This document shows positions 12,601 through 25,100 of a DNA stretch of 64,000 bases, piece by piece. This DNA is from Saccostrea cucullata (taxonomy: Eukaryota). The stretch spans positions 62,001 to 126,000 of the forward strand of contig NW_026938238.1 of NCBI RefSeq assembly GCF_032062105.1, given 5' to 3'. Under the pieces are notes generated by a model. The model was not told the origin of the DNA. It did not search any database and saw only the letters and a program-made list of their open reading frames with translations. The position numbers and the translations under genes are program-made. How positions within the stretch are numbered: the first letter of the stretch is position 1; each line of letters opens with the position of its first letter.

Positions 12601-14890
12601 TTATTTGCCAACTACTCGGCTGTTACCAGTGTTATAATGGAATCTCTCAATCTGGCCAGACTTCACATCCTAGTCAAAGACTACCTACACAATGGCAGAA
12701 TTCTCTCCCCTGTGGAAGCAAATTACAGAGAACCTGTCCTTTGGAGTAAGTATAGTGTAAATTACTTTTTATTCATGAGAACTTTATTTTCGTGTGATTA
12801 CATGTCTATTGAGAAAGTGTGCTTGCAAAAATTTGATTCTTGCTACTTATAAAAGTATTCAGATTATATAGATTTGTGAAAATTTTGTCTCGCATATAAT
12901 GAGTTGATCTTGCAAAAATGAGGTGTTGCAAAATTTTAAAACAGAATTCAGCTGATTCATGAATAGTTTCAGATTTATTTGCTTTTTCAACTTGATGAGC
13001 AGTGTTAAACTTTTTCAGGGACAAGAAGAAAGCTGTCCGTTCATCTGGGAACCTCCATAGGCAAAGTCTACAACACGTAAATGACTAGATCTATCTTGTT
13101 ATTTCAACTGGACATAGACACTGCTATTTTTACTGATGAAGATTTTTACACTTCCTTTTCTATTTCAGAGCTAGCAAATTAGAGGAGGCCATTGCAATAT
13201 ATAAAGGCAGCAATTACCTACTAGATGTAAATTTCAAGTCAGGTTTGTTTGAAATGTTTCTGTTAAAATCCAAAAAGATACTGTAAAATCAGATAAAACT
13301 AGTAGAATACATGCATGAATAAGAGTGCCATCAATTCATTGTTACCAGAGTCTGGTGCAATTAATTTTGAAATGCTGACTCTTACTGTATACAGGGAAAT
13401 TTTCGCCTGGTTTTATTTTTGCCCCTTTCGCTCAACTCTCAATTGGGCAAATTTAAAACGGGGCGAATTCAAAGAACACAGTATAATTTTTTAATCAGAA
13501 TTGTTACTGGGCGAATTTTAAACGGGGCAAAATTGTTTGCAAGTGTTAAAGGGCGAAAATTACACGGGGCGAAAATAGCCCTGTATACAGTAAATATTTT
13601 ATTGTAATCTCTTCAAAGATTTGTAGAGAAGGTTTGACCCATTCATTGGATTTACTTGATTCAAGACCCCAGGTCATACTTGAGCATGCCAACTGGATTA
13701 TCTTTCTCTTTTCATGTATACATGTTTAGTCATTCCTCTTGCAATCATGCAATTAGTATTGATTTTTATAAGCCCCAAAAACACACACAAATATAAAAAT
13801 ATTCCAGCAGCTCATCTGAACTGAAATGTCTATAAAATTAAAAGATTGCCAGAGGTAATTTGTGTGCTTGTAAATTTGTCATTTGGTATTTAATAATACC
13901 AGTAAAATAAAATTGATGTACACATTCCGTATAATAAGAGGCCTGTTTACTTGTAGGTTGTATATCGATAGTTCTGTCCTCTGACAGCACACCTGAGGAT
14001 CAGCTACAGAGCTGTGTACAGGCAGAGGTTATCACTTACGTGTATGAAAACCTGTATAAAAATACGGTAATGCTCCAAAAAGTACCAATTCCTAACCATT
14101 CCCCACTCCAAATGCGAAATTAAATTTCTTTGAAAAAAATATTCATGAAGGTGAAGGAAGTATGACAAACATTCTTGAAATTTGTAGTTTTTATAAAGTT
14201 CATATGAAAGATGTTTCTAAACAGGGTCTAAATGCTCTGACAATTTATGTCTTGAAATTCTAAACTATGATCTCTTTTTATGCCCCTTTAAATATACTGT
14301 CATTATATTTACATAATGTCATGATGTAAAAGTAATTTGTATAAGTACATTCATGTAATATGTTCATGTAATCTATTGTAGGTGTTTTCAGATGAGCTCG
14401 GTGAGATTGCAGCAGCTCTAAGAGAGGGTTAGTACAAGATTATATGACCTCATTAACTCTGGTGATTATAAGTTTGTATGATAACATTATTATTGCATTA
14501 TATAAGTGTAGTCCTTAAAACTGCCATACAATTCAATTATGTATCTATTTCATGCTGTATTAAACAAGGTTATTTTAACCATTGGAAACAATTTAATCTT
14601 ATTTAAAACTCGACCAGTCACAGTTCTGTTTAAGAAACTGTACAGTGGTACTTTTTTTGAAAAATTTTCACATTTTGCTAATTAACTATGGATAACAGTG
14701 ATGATCTGCTATTACAGGTGATTCAGCTAAGACCAGTGAGGCCTCCCTCTGTTACACCAAGTCTCTAATACAGGGATTCCGCGGTGCCCTCACTGATCAG
14801 GGCTGGGTTTGTGACCCCTTGTTATTGGGACCGGATGAGTGGCGTGCTGAGTGGGACAACGTAGGACTACTGGATAAAAAGGATGTCTGA
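9649..14890 (+). CDS. RUSF1: RUS family member 1 (C16orf58 / ROOT UVB SENSITIVE 1 homolog, DUF647), 14 coding exons, exon 8 disrupted
   Basis: Exons 9649-9771, 10242-10319, 10623-10737, 10866-10911, 11093-11125, 11255-11360, 11832-11933, 12074-~12152/12159, 12561-12745, 13019-13076, 13169-13242, 13957-14066, 14382-14427, 14718-14890. Diagnostic peptides: VFLPQGYPESVSSDYLQYQVWDTIQ, LDCDAKRWRLFADILND, GVAGGATRAALTQHQARRNNMADVSAKDGSQETLVNL, DEWRAEW. The start codon is tentative. Confidence 0.9.
13383..13592. mobile_element. MITE with TA target-site duplication and CTGTATACAGGG terminal inverted repeats
   Basis: tactgtatacagggaaattttcgcc ... ggcgaaaatagccctgtatacagta, with internal repeated gggcgaa motifs. 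Confidence 0.8.
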
Positions 14891-17800
14891 ATTCTGTATT
14901 AAATCATTTCAATGTTTACCCTGTTTATAGTTTTTTCTTAAATGTATAGTTTTGGTCTTTTTGTTCTGCTGTATGAAATCATCACAAAAAATGATTCCAA
15001 GGACAAGGATTTTTATCCACCCTGTCGGGTTGTCCAGTTGGCCATTAGCCTTAGTTAGGAACATAGACCCATTCAGGAAAGTTGACAACTTCCATCCATG
15101 TAAATTATTATGGTGGTTAAATTGCTAAGGAAGTATAATATTTTTAGTCTACAAATGCATTTGACACAACTCGTCCAGTAAAAGTACTTGCCATATTAAT
15201 TAATAAGTTCTAAAAATAAGAATGATGTATGGACATTGGCTGATTGACTCTGTCATAGGAGAGGGGGAAAAACCCATGCAAAATATGATTATCTCCCCAC
15301 CCCCTCCAACTAGGCAATATATGTACTATACCAACACAAAAATTGCTTGTAGGCTGAGGGTGCGACATCACCTTGACCTGGGGTCAATGTCACTGAGAAA
15401 AAAAATTACAAATGTGTTTCTAAAGGAGAAACACCAAAGTTCATACTTCACATAGAAATTACTTTTTACCTATTGATATGTCATGACCTTGAATCAAGGA
15501 TATTTGGGCAAGATCAAGGCACTGGCAGATCCTGCAAACAAACTACAAATTCTTGTGTATTGATGACGTAAATGCAAGAAAAGGGCAATATAGGGGTACA
15601 TTAAACCCATCTAGAAATAATATATGCTTATTGGTAGTTACAACCTTTGACCCTGTTATTTGTAACTTCAATGGAAAAGATGTGTCTGTAGACTACACTT
15701 GTGTGTTGTGATACATCGATCTTCCTCCCAAGATGCATCAACTGGACAGGTTTCAGTGTACAAGATCCAGAAATTACCTGGATGTGTTTAACCCATTGTT
15801 TCAAAAGAGACCAAGTTGATCTTCTATAGGTTTGCTACACACTTTCCTAACAAAATGCATTATGTATCGATATAAAATACAAATGAACTAAGTAACCTTA
15901 TTTTGTACCATTCCCTAAAAAATGCATCAACTAACAAGGTTTGAGGCTCAGTGTGCAATACAAGTACATAACCAAATGGTGTGTCTTAATCAAGGTACCA
16001 AATGACCTAAGTACTAGAGACCTCTGTAACCTCAAAGAACAATGAAAATACATTTATCAAACAGATTTTTTTTTATTTTCATCACTTTCTGTACACGTGG
16101 CATATTGCACATAGAAATAAAGAATCAACAATGGTCAGAAAACTCACAGTCATGCTCACAATAATAGCACATATAATGTGGGAAATATTTCGTCACATTC
16201 AGAGACTCAGATTTACCATGGCAGATACAAGTCATTTCACTTTAATTACTGTATGTAATTTTGTGTGAAATACCATACTAAGAGTAGTTTAAACTTTTTT
16301 TCAATGCAGACAGAGAAAAATAATGTTGCGATTGTGTATACACTACATTTTTACAACAGACATCAATTGTTCATGAATATTTTAATTTAAAAAAATATCC
16401 GTCATGAAGATCTTAATAAAAAATTTGAGATCAAATACTCATGAGAATCGGGAATTTTATCTGTACTAAATATAAAGTTACTTTGACTTGTTAATGTTTT
16501 TAATATCTCAACAATTAATACTGTTAATACTGGAAATTTTCTTACAAGCATTTGTTCTAAAACGTATTTTTCACTTTAGACCATTTTTTTTAAAATCATG
16601 GCATAACAGCGACATCAAAATTTGGTTTAAAAATACAAGATTTCAAACAATAGTGTTGACATTTCAATATGAGGAATACTGTAGAATAAAGTGTAGAAGA
16701 GTAATGCCCAGTCTATAATTGAATAATAAAAAGATGTAACTAAGACTTAAATGACTGACAAAGTCATACAGACCAGTAGAGTGACACACACACATAATAA
16801 AATAGCCTAAAAATTTCTCGACTTTTGAATGTGTAGTGAAAATGTGATCTGCATCTGGTACACACTTTCATAGTTTTTACATTTGACTTTCATTTCATTT
16901 TAACTTATCAGAAAACTTGTATATTAATCCAAAATAATTTTTTTTTTATTTGATAGTTCTCTGGACAAATTTGAGTCATACTAGAGAGAAACATGTAAAT
17001 TGCAAGTTTAACAAATTTATTACAGTTAGAGTTAAGTAAATTCACAGGTCCCCAGGACTTAACCATTGTAACCAAGTTTTACTGTATCATGTCAAATAAT
17101 TGTGCCAACAGATTGATTCAATGATTACTATAAAGTGTCCTCTCATACTAAAACTTCTATACTCAGACATTTAATAACATCTCAACATATCAATCCATTA
17201 TTCAATTTTTAAGTCCATTGTAACAAAGATGTAAATGATTGTAGATGCACATGACACACACACTCTATTCCTCTACTTATATGAGGTATCACAGCATGCT
17301 TTTAAGTGTGCACTCTTCATTCCTATCAATGTTGAGAAAAAGCAGCTACTGGAATAGGACCCCCCCTCCACCCACCCCCCCTATCAATCTCCCACAGACA
17401 TATAAATCAACATGGAGGTATCTTCAATCACACATGCCCAGACAAGTCTGATATTGCATGATGGGTACAAAGTTATGAAACACTACATGCATAAATAATG
17501 ACGATGACGGACAAAGTAAAGCATTGCTTTGCTGTCGCAAGGAAAACAGTCAACTGGTGAGCTATCTAGACATTCCTATATGTAGCTAAAAATTTAATTT
17601 CAGTCACCATCCTTCAGATAATCAGAAATACAAAGTTCAATACATGTATAATAAAAAAAAAAAGGACATTTAACCAGTTCTTAAATTCCAAAATCCACAA
17701 GACTTTGAAATCTGCAATGTCAATGGTAGCTAAGATCTGACTGTCTATAATACATGTATCAATTTAACTGCATTACTGTAATAGCCCCTTTTCCAATTTT

Positions 17801-19126
17801 CTATGTAATATATCTGTACATAGATATTTGCAATTAAGCATAAATCACTGATGCATAAATCCATTTTCTACAATGATATTCTCCCCTCCAGTAATGCCTT
17901 CGAAATATTTCCCTTTGGTAGATGCACAATTTATATGTTTATTTCTATTCTTGCAAACAAGTTACGCTTATTGATATAGGCAGACTGGCAAGCCCCGTTT
18001 CCAATTTTTTTTAACCCAGGGTGAACATTGAACTTTTTTACTCTGTTTCATGAAGGATGATGTTGAATAAGATGGCTTACTGAATTTTGCGGTCAATATT
18101 TTGAATTTGTTAAAAAAAGAAAGAAATTAAAATACATTTATCTTAGGATAAAAAATAAGAAAAATGATATGTACAAATAATAAACTATATGGTAATAAAT
18201 AATAACACAGTCATTATGCTTTATCCAGTGTCTACATATAATAATATAAAAATGTTTCCATGGTGATTTCTATAAGACTACTGACCCTAGAGAAGAATGA
18301 ATGGTAGGTCTACATTATAATGATAAAAATGCACATCGTGAAGTCATTCAGAATTATCTACCACTCCCTATACATTGCTAATTAATGGTCATGGCGCAAT
18401 ATATCACATTTGCATAAAGGTTTTAAATGTTCTGCAGACATGCTCTTTGGAAGAGCAGTGTCGTATGAAAATTAAGGAATGTCATTGTAAAGCACTTTCA
18501 TTCTCTCATGTCCACATGTTCATCCTTGTCATAATACAAAATAAATATTTTAAGTTTGAAAAATAAACTAAAATTTTTGTTTTACATACATGTATAACAA
18601 AGTTTCTAATAAAAAAAAAAGCAGCAACAAAGGATTTGGAAAAAAAGAACCTCATATTTGGACAGAGTAAAAGGGTGAAACCTTTTCAAAAAAATATTAC
18701 AATTCAATTAAAAATTTAAATCAACATCTGTTATATTTACTTTGAGCATTTTTCACATGTAAAATGCACACTTTTCTCACACAACTCTGGAATGGAATCG
18801 GATGAGGGTGAAAAGCATGAATTAAATAAATAACAATCATTGAACATACACAAAATAAAAGCACTTAGGAGTCCATATCTGTCATGTCCCTACAAGTTGT
18901 GCTTGATTCACATTCTTTATCTTTATAGAACATCAGGCATGAAAAAGGACCACATTTGGGAGAAAAAAAAGTTTGGTCATATTTAGATTGGGTACAAGAA
19001 TTAATTAATAAACTTTCTTTTGGAATTCCTCCTGTGTCTTTTTGAACCTGATGACCTGGATAACTACTAGACTGTGTCAGATATTAATTATCACAGTATA
19101 AGAAAGACGTGGTTCCAGATGAGTGA

Positions 19127-22100
19127 TTAGGCGGTGAACACAGAGTCCACGCTCCGAGACAGGTGGACAGGATGGGAGGGGCTCCGCACCAGACGTTTCT
19201 TTGGGAGCCTCTCTATCGCCTTCAGGAGGTGCTTAAATTGTGGTCTGTCGTCCGGCTGGTACGTCCAACAGATCATCAGAACATCCTGTGAAAGGGAAGT
19301 CAATCTGATTATACTAAAGCAAATGGAAATAACTCTAAAAGATTTTTTAAATTAGATTTTATTTTGAAAATAAACTAATATAAGAATTTTCAATATCATC
19401 ATTAACATTTCAAATTCTTCTTAGTGTGTAATGGCTTTTACAATTTATAGAATTTGAAGTAAATCATTGTCATATTTATCTACAAAATATTTCCCTGTAG
19501 AAAATCTATATGTTTAAGGCCAAAAAAAAAAATATCTCTTTGCCTCTGATCCTTTTTATTGAAAATCATCATTTTTTAGGGTTTTGTACAATGTAAAAAG
19601 CTGCCTCATCATGTTTTAGGGGCAATAAAAAAGAAAAAAATGCCTCCCTCCCTCATCATCATTTTAAAAATATATACATGTATATTTAGAATCTATCCTG
19701 CAGTTTTATTTCAAAGTCCACCAAAATATTTCTAATAGAGCAAAGAAAATAAAAAGAAGATAAATGCAATCATGTCATAAAATGCAAAATCATTCTTTTA
19801 ATTTGATACATTTTAAAACCTGTATGATCCAAGAGCAACTTTGATTAAGAGCATTTTAACTGCAATATTGTAGCCCTCTCTGATTTTTTTATGGTAAGAG
19901 TATATTATCTTTGTTCTTAGCTTCTGAAACTTTCATTATATTGGCATACTGGAAATTTAGCACATAACTGTAAGCTATGGTCTAGAAGAAGAGCCATCTT
20001 CAATGTTTACATACATGATGTGCATATTTTCAAATTGGTTGATTTCATATCGAAGCCTTATTGTCAGTGTGTATTAAAGGTGCATGAAGATAATAAACTT
20101 TCACAAAAAACCTATACTAAATACTTTTCAAAGCTGGATTTCTTTGGGTTTATTAAGCTAATTCACACCAACTTTGAATTAAGCACAATTACACTCTGTA
20201 TTCCTTTAAAGAAAAAGTAATAATGTTGTGTTCTATTGTGAACCACCATCAATGTTCTTCTTCCAGAGTTTCCTCAGGCTGAATTATATGTAATAGAGAA
20301 TTTGAACATCTGTGCCCTTTTACACTGCAGACTTATATATAACCCATATATGGGTAAAATATCAAAAAAGAACAAATCTAAATGAAATATTAAAGCACAA
20401 GTCAATGCACATAGCAGGAAAAAATTACAAGATACCACATCAAACTAATTGGTAATACAAAACGTGCTTACACATATAATATATAAGTGATGTCAGCAAT
20501 TTAAAATCACACAAGTATAAAATCAAAGGCTACACTACAAAATGCAAAATAAACAGACATGGAAAGTTAGAATAAAAGAAAAAATACTGCAGATCTGATG
20601 CTCTGCAGTAAAATATGGTGGAAGTTAGAAAATCTCTACCCCCTTCCTGCTACATGTAACAGTATCTAACTTTTCAAGGTATATACACTCCACACATTTT
20701 GGTGGGGTAGGAAGTTCGGAGATTAAGGGCATGCAGCATGCTTTAGACTGTAGGGTGGGTTACATGACACCGTATTAGTCCCTACCCTAGGGGCCTGGCA
20801 CCCAGGACCACTGGATCAGAGGAACGCCTATAATTAAAGGACTTGGGCGGAATCCTAGAGGACAGTTTGCGAATGTGTTCAAACAACTGATTAAATTCGG
20901 GTCTATCAGAGTGTTTGAACGACCAGCAATAGCAGAAAATATCCTGTAAAGGAGAAAATGATTAGTGTGAAGATTGACCTGCTTCACATTGGTCAAATGT
21001 GTCACCTGTGTTCTATTCCTTCCATTCCTCTTACCTATGTCCTGTGTAGTTAGGATAGCCGTAAATGTAATTTTACTTTGCTTTTTGATCAATATGAAAT
21101 GAAGTTAAACTGCATGTATACTAATTTATTGAAATATGTGTTCCTATTATTCTTGAGAAAAAAGGCTTTTTACACATAATCCTTGTACACTGTGTGTGTA
21201 CTCTGAAACAATATCTTCTGATGAAAAGTTACAGCCAAGACTGAAGTACTTGTGAAACTGGCATACATCACAAATATAGCGCAGTGCATGCAAAACTGTT
21301 GTCACAAATAATGCAAATGGGGAAAATATGAAAGCACTGTCTCTGCAGGTGGAAAATTAAGTCAGATGTCATGGTCATGGGGAAAACAGTCATTATGTTA
21401 TGAAAATGTCTTGTCACAGATAATGCATATGTAAAAATATCTCTCATCAGAAGCAAACATTGACATGTAGGTCAAACTTCAAGACCACTGTCACAAGATA
21501 AAATACGATAGTATTCCTGAAAAAATGTTTTACCTGTGAAATAATAAAACCTGATTTTCCCACATTCAAAATTTATTACCACTGAATGTAATTTTTTTTA
21601 TCAAAGTAGGTCAAACTTTAAGGTCACTGAAACAAATGTGGAAATGCCTTGTCACATGTAATGCAAGTGTGAAATATAAAAGCCTTTTCTCTTCTTATTC
21701 AAAACCTATACCAATTTCCCCATGCTTTAGTGAAAGCGGGGGACAATGATTAATATGAGGAATAAAATAAGCCAATCGCACACTACCAGTACACAGGTGA
21801 CACAAATCTTAACTGCATTTCTGTTTAAACAATTCTCAATGCAATATATTACTAGCAAGCAGCACAAGAAAAACAAAAAATGTGCTCAAAATTGTGAAAT
21901 AAACAACAAATTATCCACACGTTTATGAGTACATAGCAATTACATTTAATAGCCAATATATATGGAATATGTTATTAAATTATGCTACAAAATGTATATG
22001 TAAGTATGCAAAAGTATCACAGATTTGACAAAGCTACACAAATATTGCCTCTGTAAAGACTAAATTCACATTATATATATACACACACTATTCAAAGCTG

Positions 22101-25100
22101 CAGCAAAACAAGTTGATGATGCAGAAAAATACTGACCTTGACCTCTTTTGATGCCATCACACTCCCCAGAGATTGTTTGATCCCTCTCCCTACTTGCCAT
22201 ATGATGCACTCTGGTGCTAAGTTTCTGAAAGGCCAATCACCTACTAGCAGCTCATACCAAATTGTGCTGTGGAAAAAAAGTTGTTTTTTTTTTTTAGAGA
22301 ATATTACTTAATTAGGAGACCAAAATTTACACATGTACATGTAGCTTAACTTTTCACCAGTAATTGGGGTCAGTTCCATGTATGCAACTGTTATTGAAAG
22401 TCTAATAAATAACAAGTACCTGTATGTGATTCAAAAAGTTTAAATGAAATATTTACTAAACTTTAGCTTGTTTAATTCTCAAAAGTACATACCCAAATGC
22501 GTAAACATCGGACTTTTCAGAGAATGGTAGGTCCACTTTGGATCTCCCGGAATGAAGACACCTGATGACCTCAGGGGAGAGGTAACACAACCAGCCCGGG
22601 GAAATGTGGAGGCAGTCACCCTTCCTGTTATATATTTATGATCCAATCAAATTCCGTAACACACTGTGTATCATTTAACAATTCAATCAATTTTTTGTAG
22701 CATATAATGTATTTATAATCGAATCAAATTTCATGTAACATAATTATCCAAACATATGCTATAACGTTTACATAGAAAACTTAAAGTGCACATTTTAATT
22801 CTTTTATCGGAGAAATTCAAAAGGTAATCAGTTATATGTGAAAAAAATGAATACATGTAACCTGAACTTTTTATATACAGAAATGTGAATATCTATGAAT
22901 AGAAATAATACCTGTTGCCATGGCATATTTTGGTGACACTAAATAATCCAAAATCTGTAATTACAACTTTGCCATTTTCCAAGAAAATGTTCTTTGTTTT
23001 TAAGTCTTTATGGATTATTCCTCTTGCATGTAGATAACCCATGCCCTAAATAAAAATTGATAAAGTTCTGTGTCTCTTTCCTTGATATTGTCATTTTTTT
23101 TTTAAAGAAGCACAAAAGTTGAAGCCCAAGAATGTCAATAAAATCACAGTAATTAGAATATCTCTGAGGATTCAAGATCTTAAATGAGATTCATATTTAT
23201 GGACTATTACTCAAACTTAACCCACAAAAACCTACCTGTGCTATTTGTTGAGCTATCAGAATTGTTTTGTTCATGTTGAATTTTTCCCGAGCATTCGTCC
23301 GGACATAGGTATAGAGTGTTTGACCACTGCAGTAACTGTCAAAACAAAACAAAAAAGACATCAGAATCAGTACTTATTTCCCACCCATGCACAAACAACC
23401 TGGTATATTTGTTAAAGGATTTTTCCTTACAATAAACTGTTGTACAGATTTCTACATTGGTGTTTAGTTTACCTGGTAACTATGGCAAGCTGGGGTGGTT
23501 TCATACAAGCACCCATAAACAGTAACAGGTTTTCATGCCTTGTGTTCTTCAACATTGCCACCTTAAATTAAGAGATGAATTAAATATTTTTTTTGTTCCT
23601 GATCATCATCTTAGCAACAAATATTGAAAAGCTTTCTAGATATAAGTTTGTTGACAGCTACTTGAAAAGCTGGCTAAATATAACTTTTGAGAACTACTTT
23701 CTTGAAATATTTTGATCACTGATCCTTCAAATTCTGTAACAGTAATCCATTATCTCACAATTTTCTTACCTACTCTTTCCTGAGACTTTTTTTTTACCTC
23801 AAGCTCAAATATTAAATAATTGCAATCAGAGCTTATTTATTTGAATTACCTTGAATACGAATGTTATTGCTATGCTTAGTTATTTGATTTGATTTACCTC
23901 AAGTTTAAATGCTGAGAGCTGAGCTTGGTTGTTATCAGAGTCAGGGTCCATATGTAACATTTTAATGGCTACTTGACCATGCCATGTACCCCTAAAAACA
24001 AACAGACTAAACTGAAAATCTATGACTTATATGAATTAGAAAATAGGGCTGGTAATCAAATACAGAACTGCAAACTGGTTAACCGCAAGACATTCTGAAT
24101 GATTAACCTATTTGTTATATCAAAATACACATTTTGTAGACATTCTTTTTTCAATTAAATTCAATTAAATTCAATTTATAGACCCCCCCCCCCAAATCCA
24201 ACCGAGTAATCGGTCAACGGGTCATAAATTGCTATCCCTAGAATATAACAATCTATAAAATTTTAAAAGTTACATATGTTTATAAGTTTTTTTGTGAAGT
24301 AGAGTGTACATCTAAATCAGAGCAAAAAAAACCCTGATATCCAAGGGCAAAAAACGTGTATTTAAGTTTAATATTTGACTCCACAATACTTACTTGTATA
24401 CTGTTCCAAATCGACCTGTTCCAATTTTATCCATTAAATTTAACTGTTCAAATGGGATATCCCATTCTTTTAACGTTACAGAAAGCTGCAAATGAATATC
24501 AATAAACAGTTTATAAATCTATGCACACAAACCTAAATATCTTTAATAAGATATATTTAATTTTGGTGTAGCAAGTTAAAAACTGGCATAGCTTTCAGAA
24601 AAAAAAAACTGAATCAGATATTCCAGTGCATACACAAATCTACACATATTCTTATTAACTATGAACATGATGAAGTTTTTCTAAATTCCATTAAGCAGTA
24701 TGAGAGTAGTTGTGCTGAAAAGAATTAGACTGACAGAATGATGGAATGTTTCTTATTTACTTTCCTATGACTTTTTGTGGTGAGATATATATTATACATA
24801 CACTGTTGCCGCGATCCCAGTGGTGAATAATGCCATCCTGACTGTCCATAGAATCCTCTCTCTCAAGAGTCTTCTCGGACGCATTGCTCTACAATATACA
24901 AAGTATTGAGTAAATACTTTACAACATACAAAATACAGAAAGATTATTCTACAACACACAGTTAAATTAAGAGTAAATACTCTAAAACACAAAAAATACA
25001 GAGTAAACACTCTACAGCATACAAAGACAAAATATGGAATAAAAACATCAAACATTAATTATATTTGTGTATTAATGCTAAGACTTGTGTTCAGATGAAT

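Noticed and set aside
24792-25055. Hydrophobic Cys-rich 87-aa ORF
   Set aside because: A by-product of the 30-nt acceptor repeat read in a non-KSR frame.
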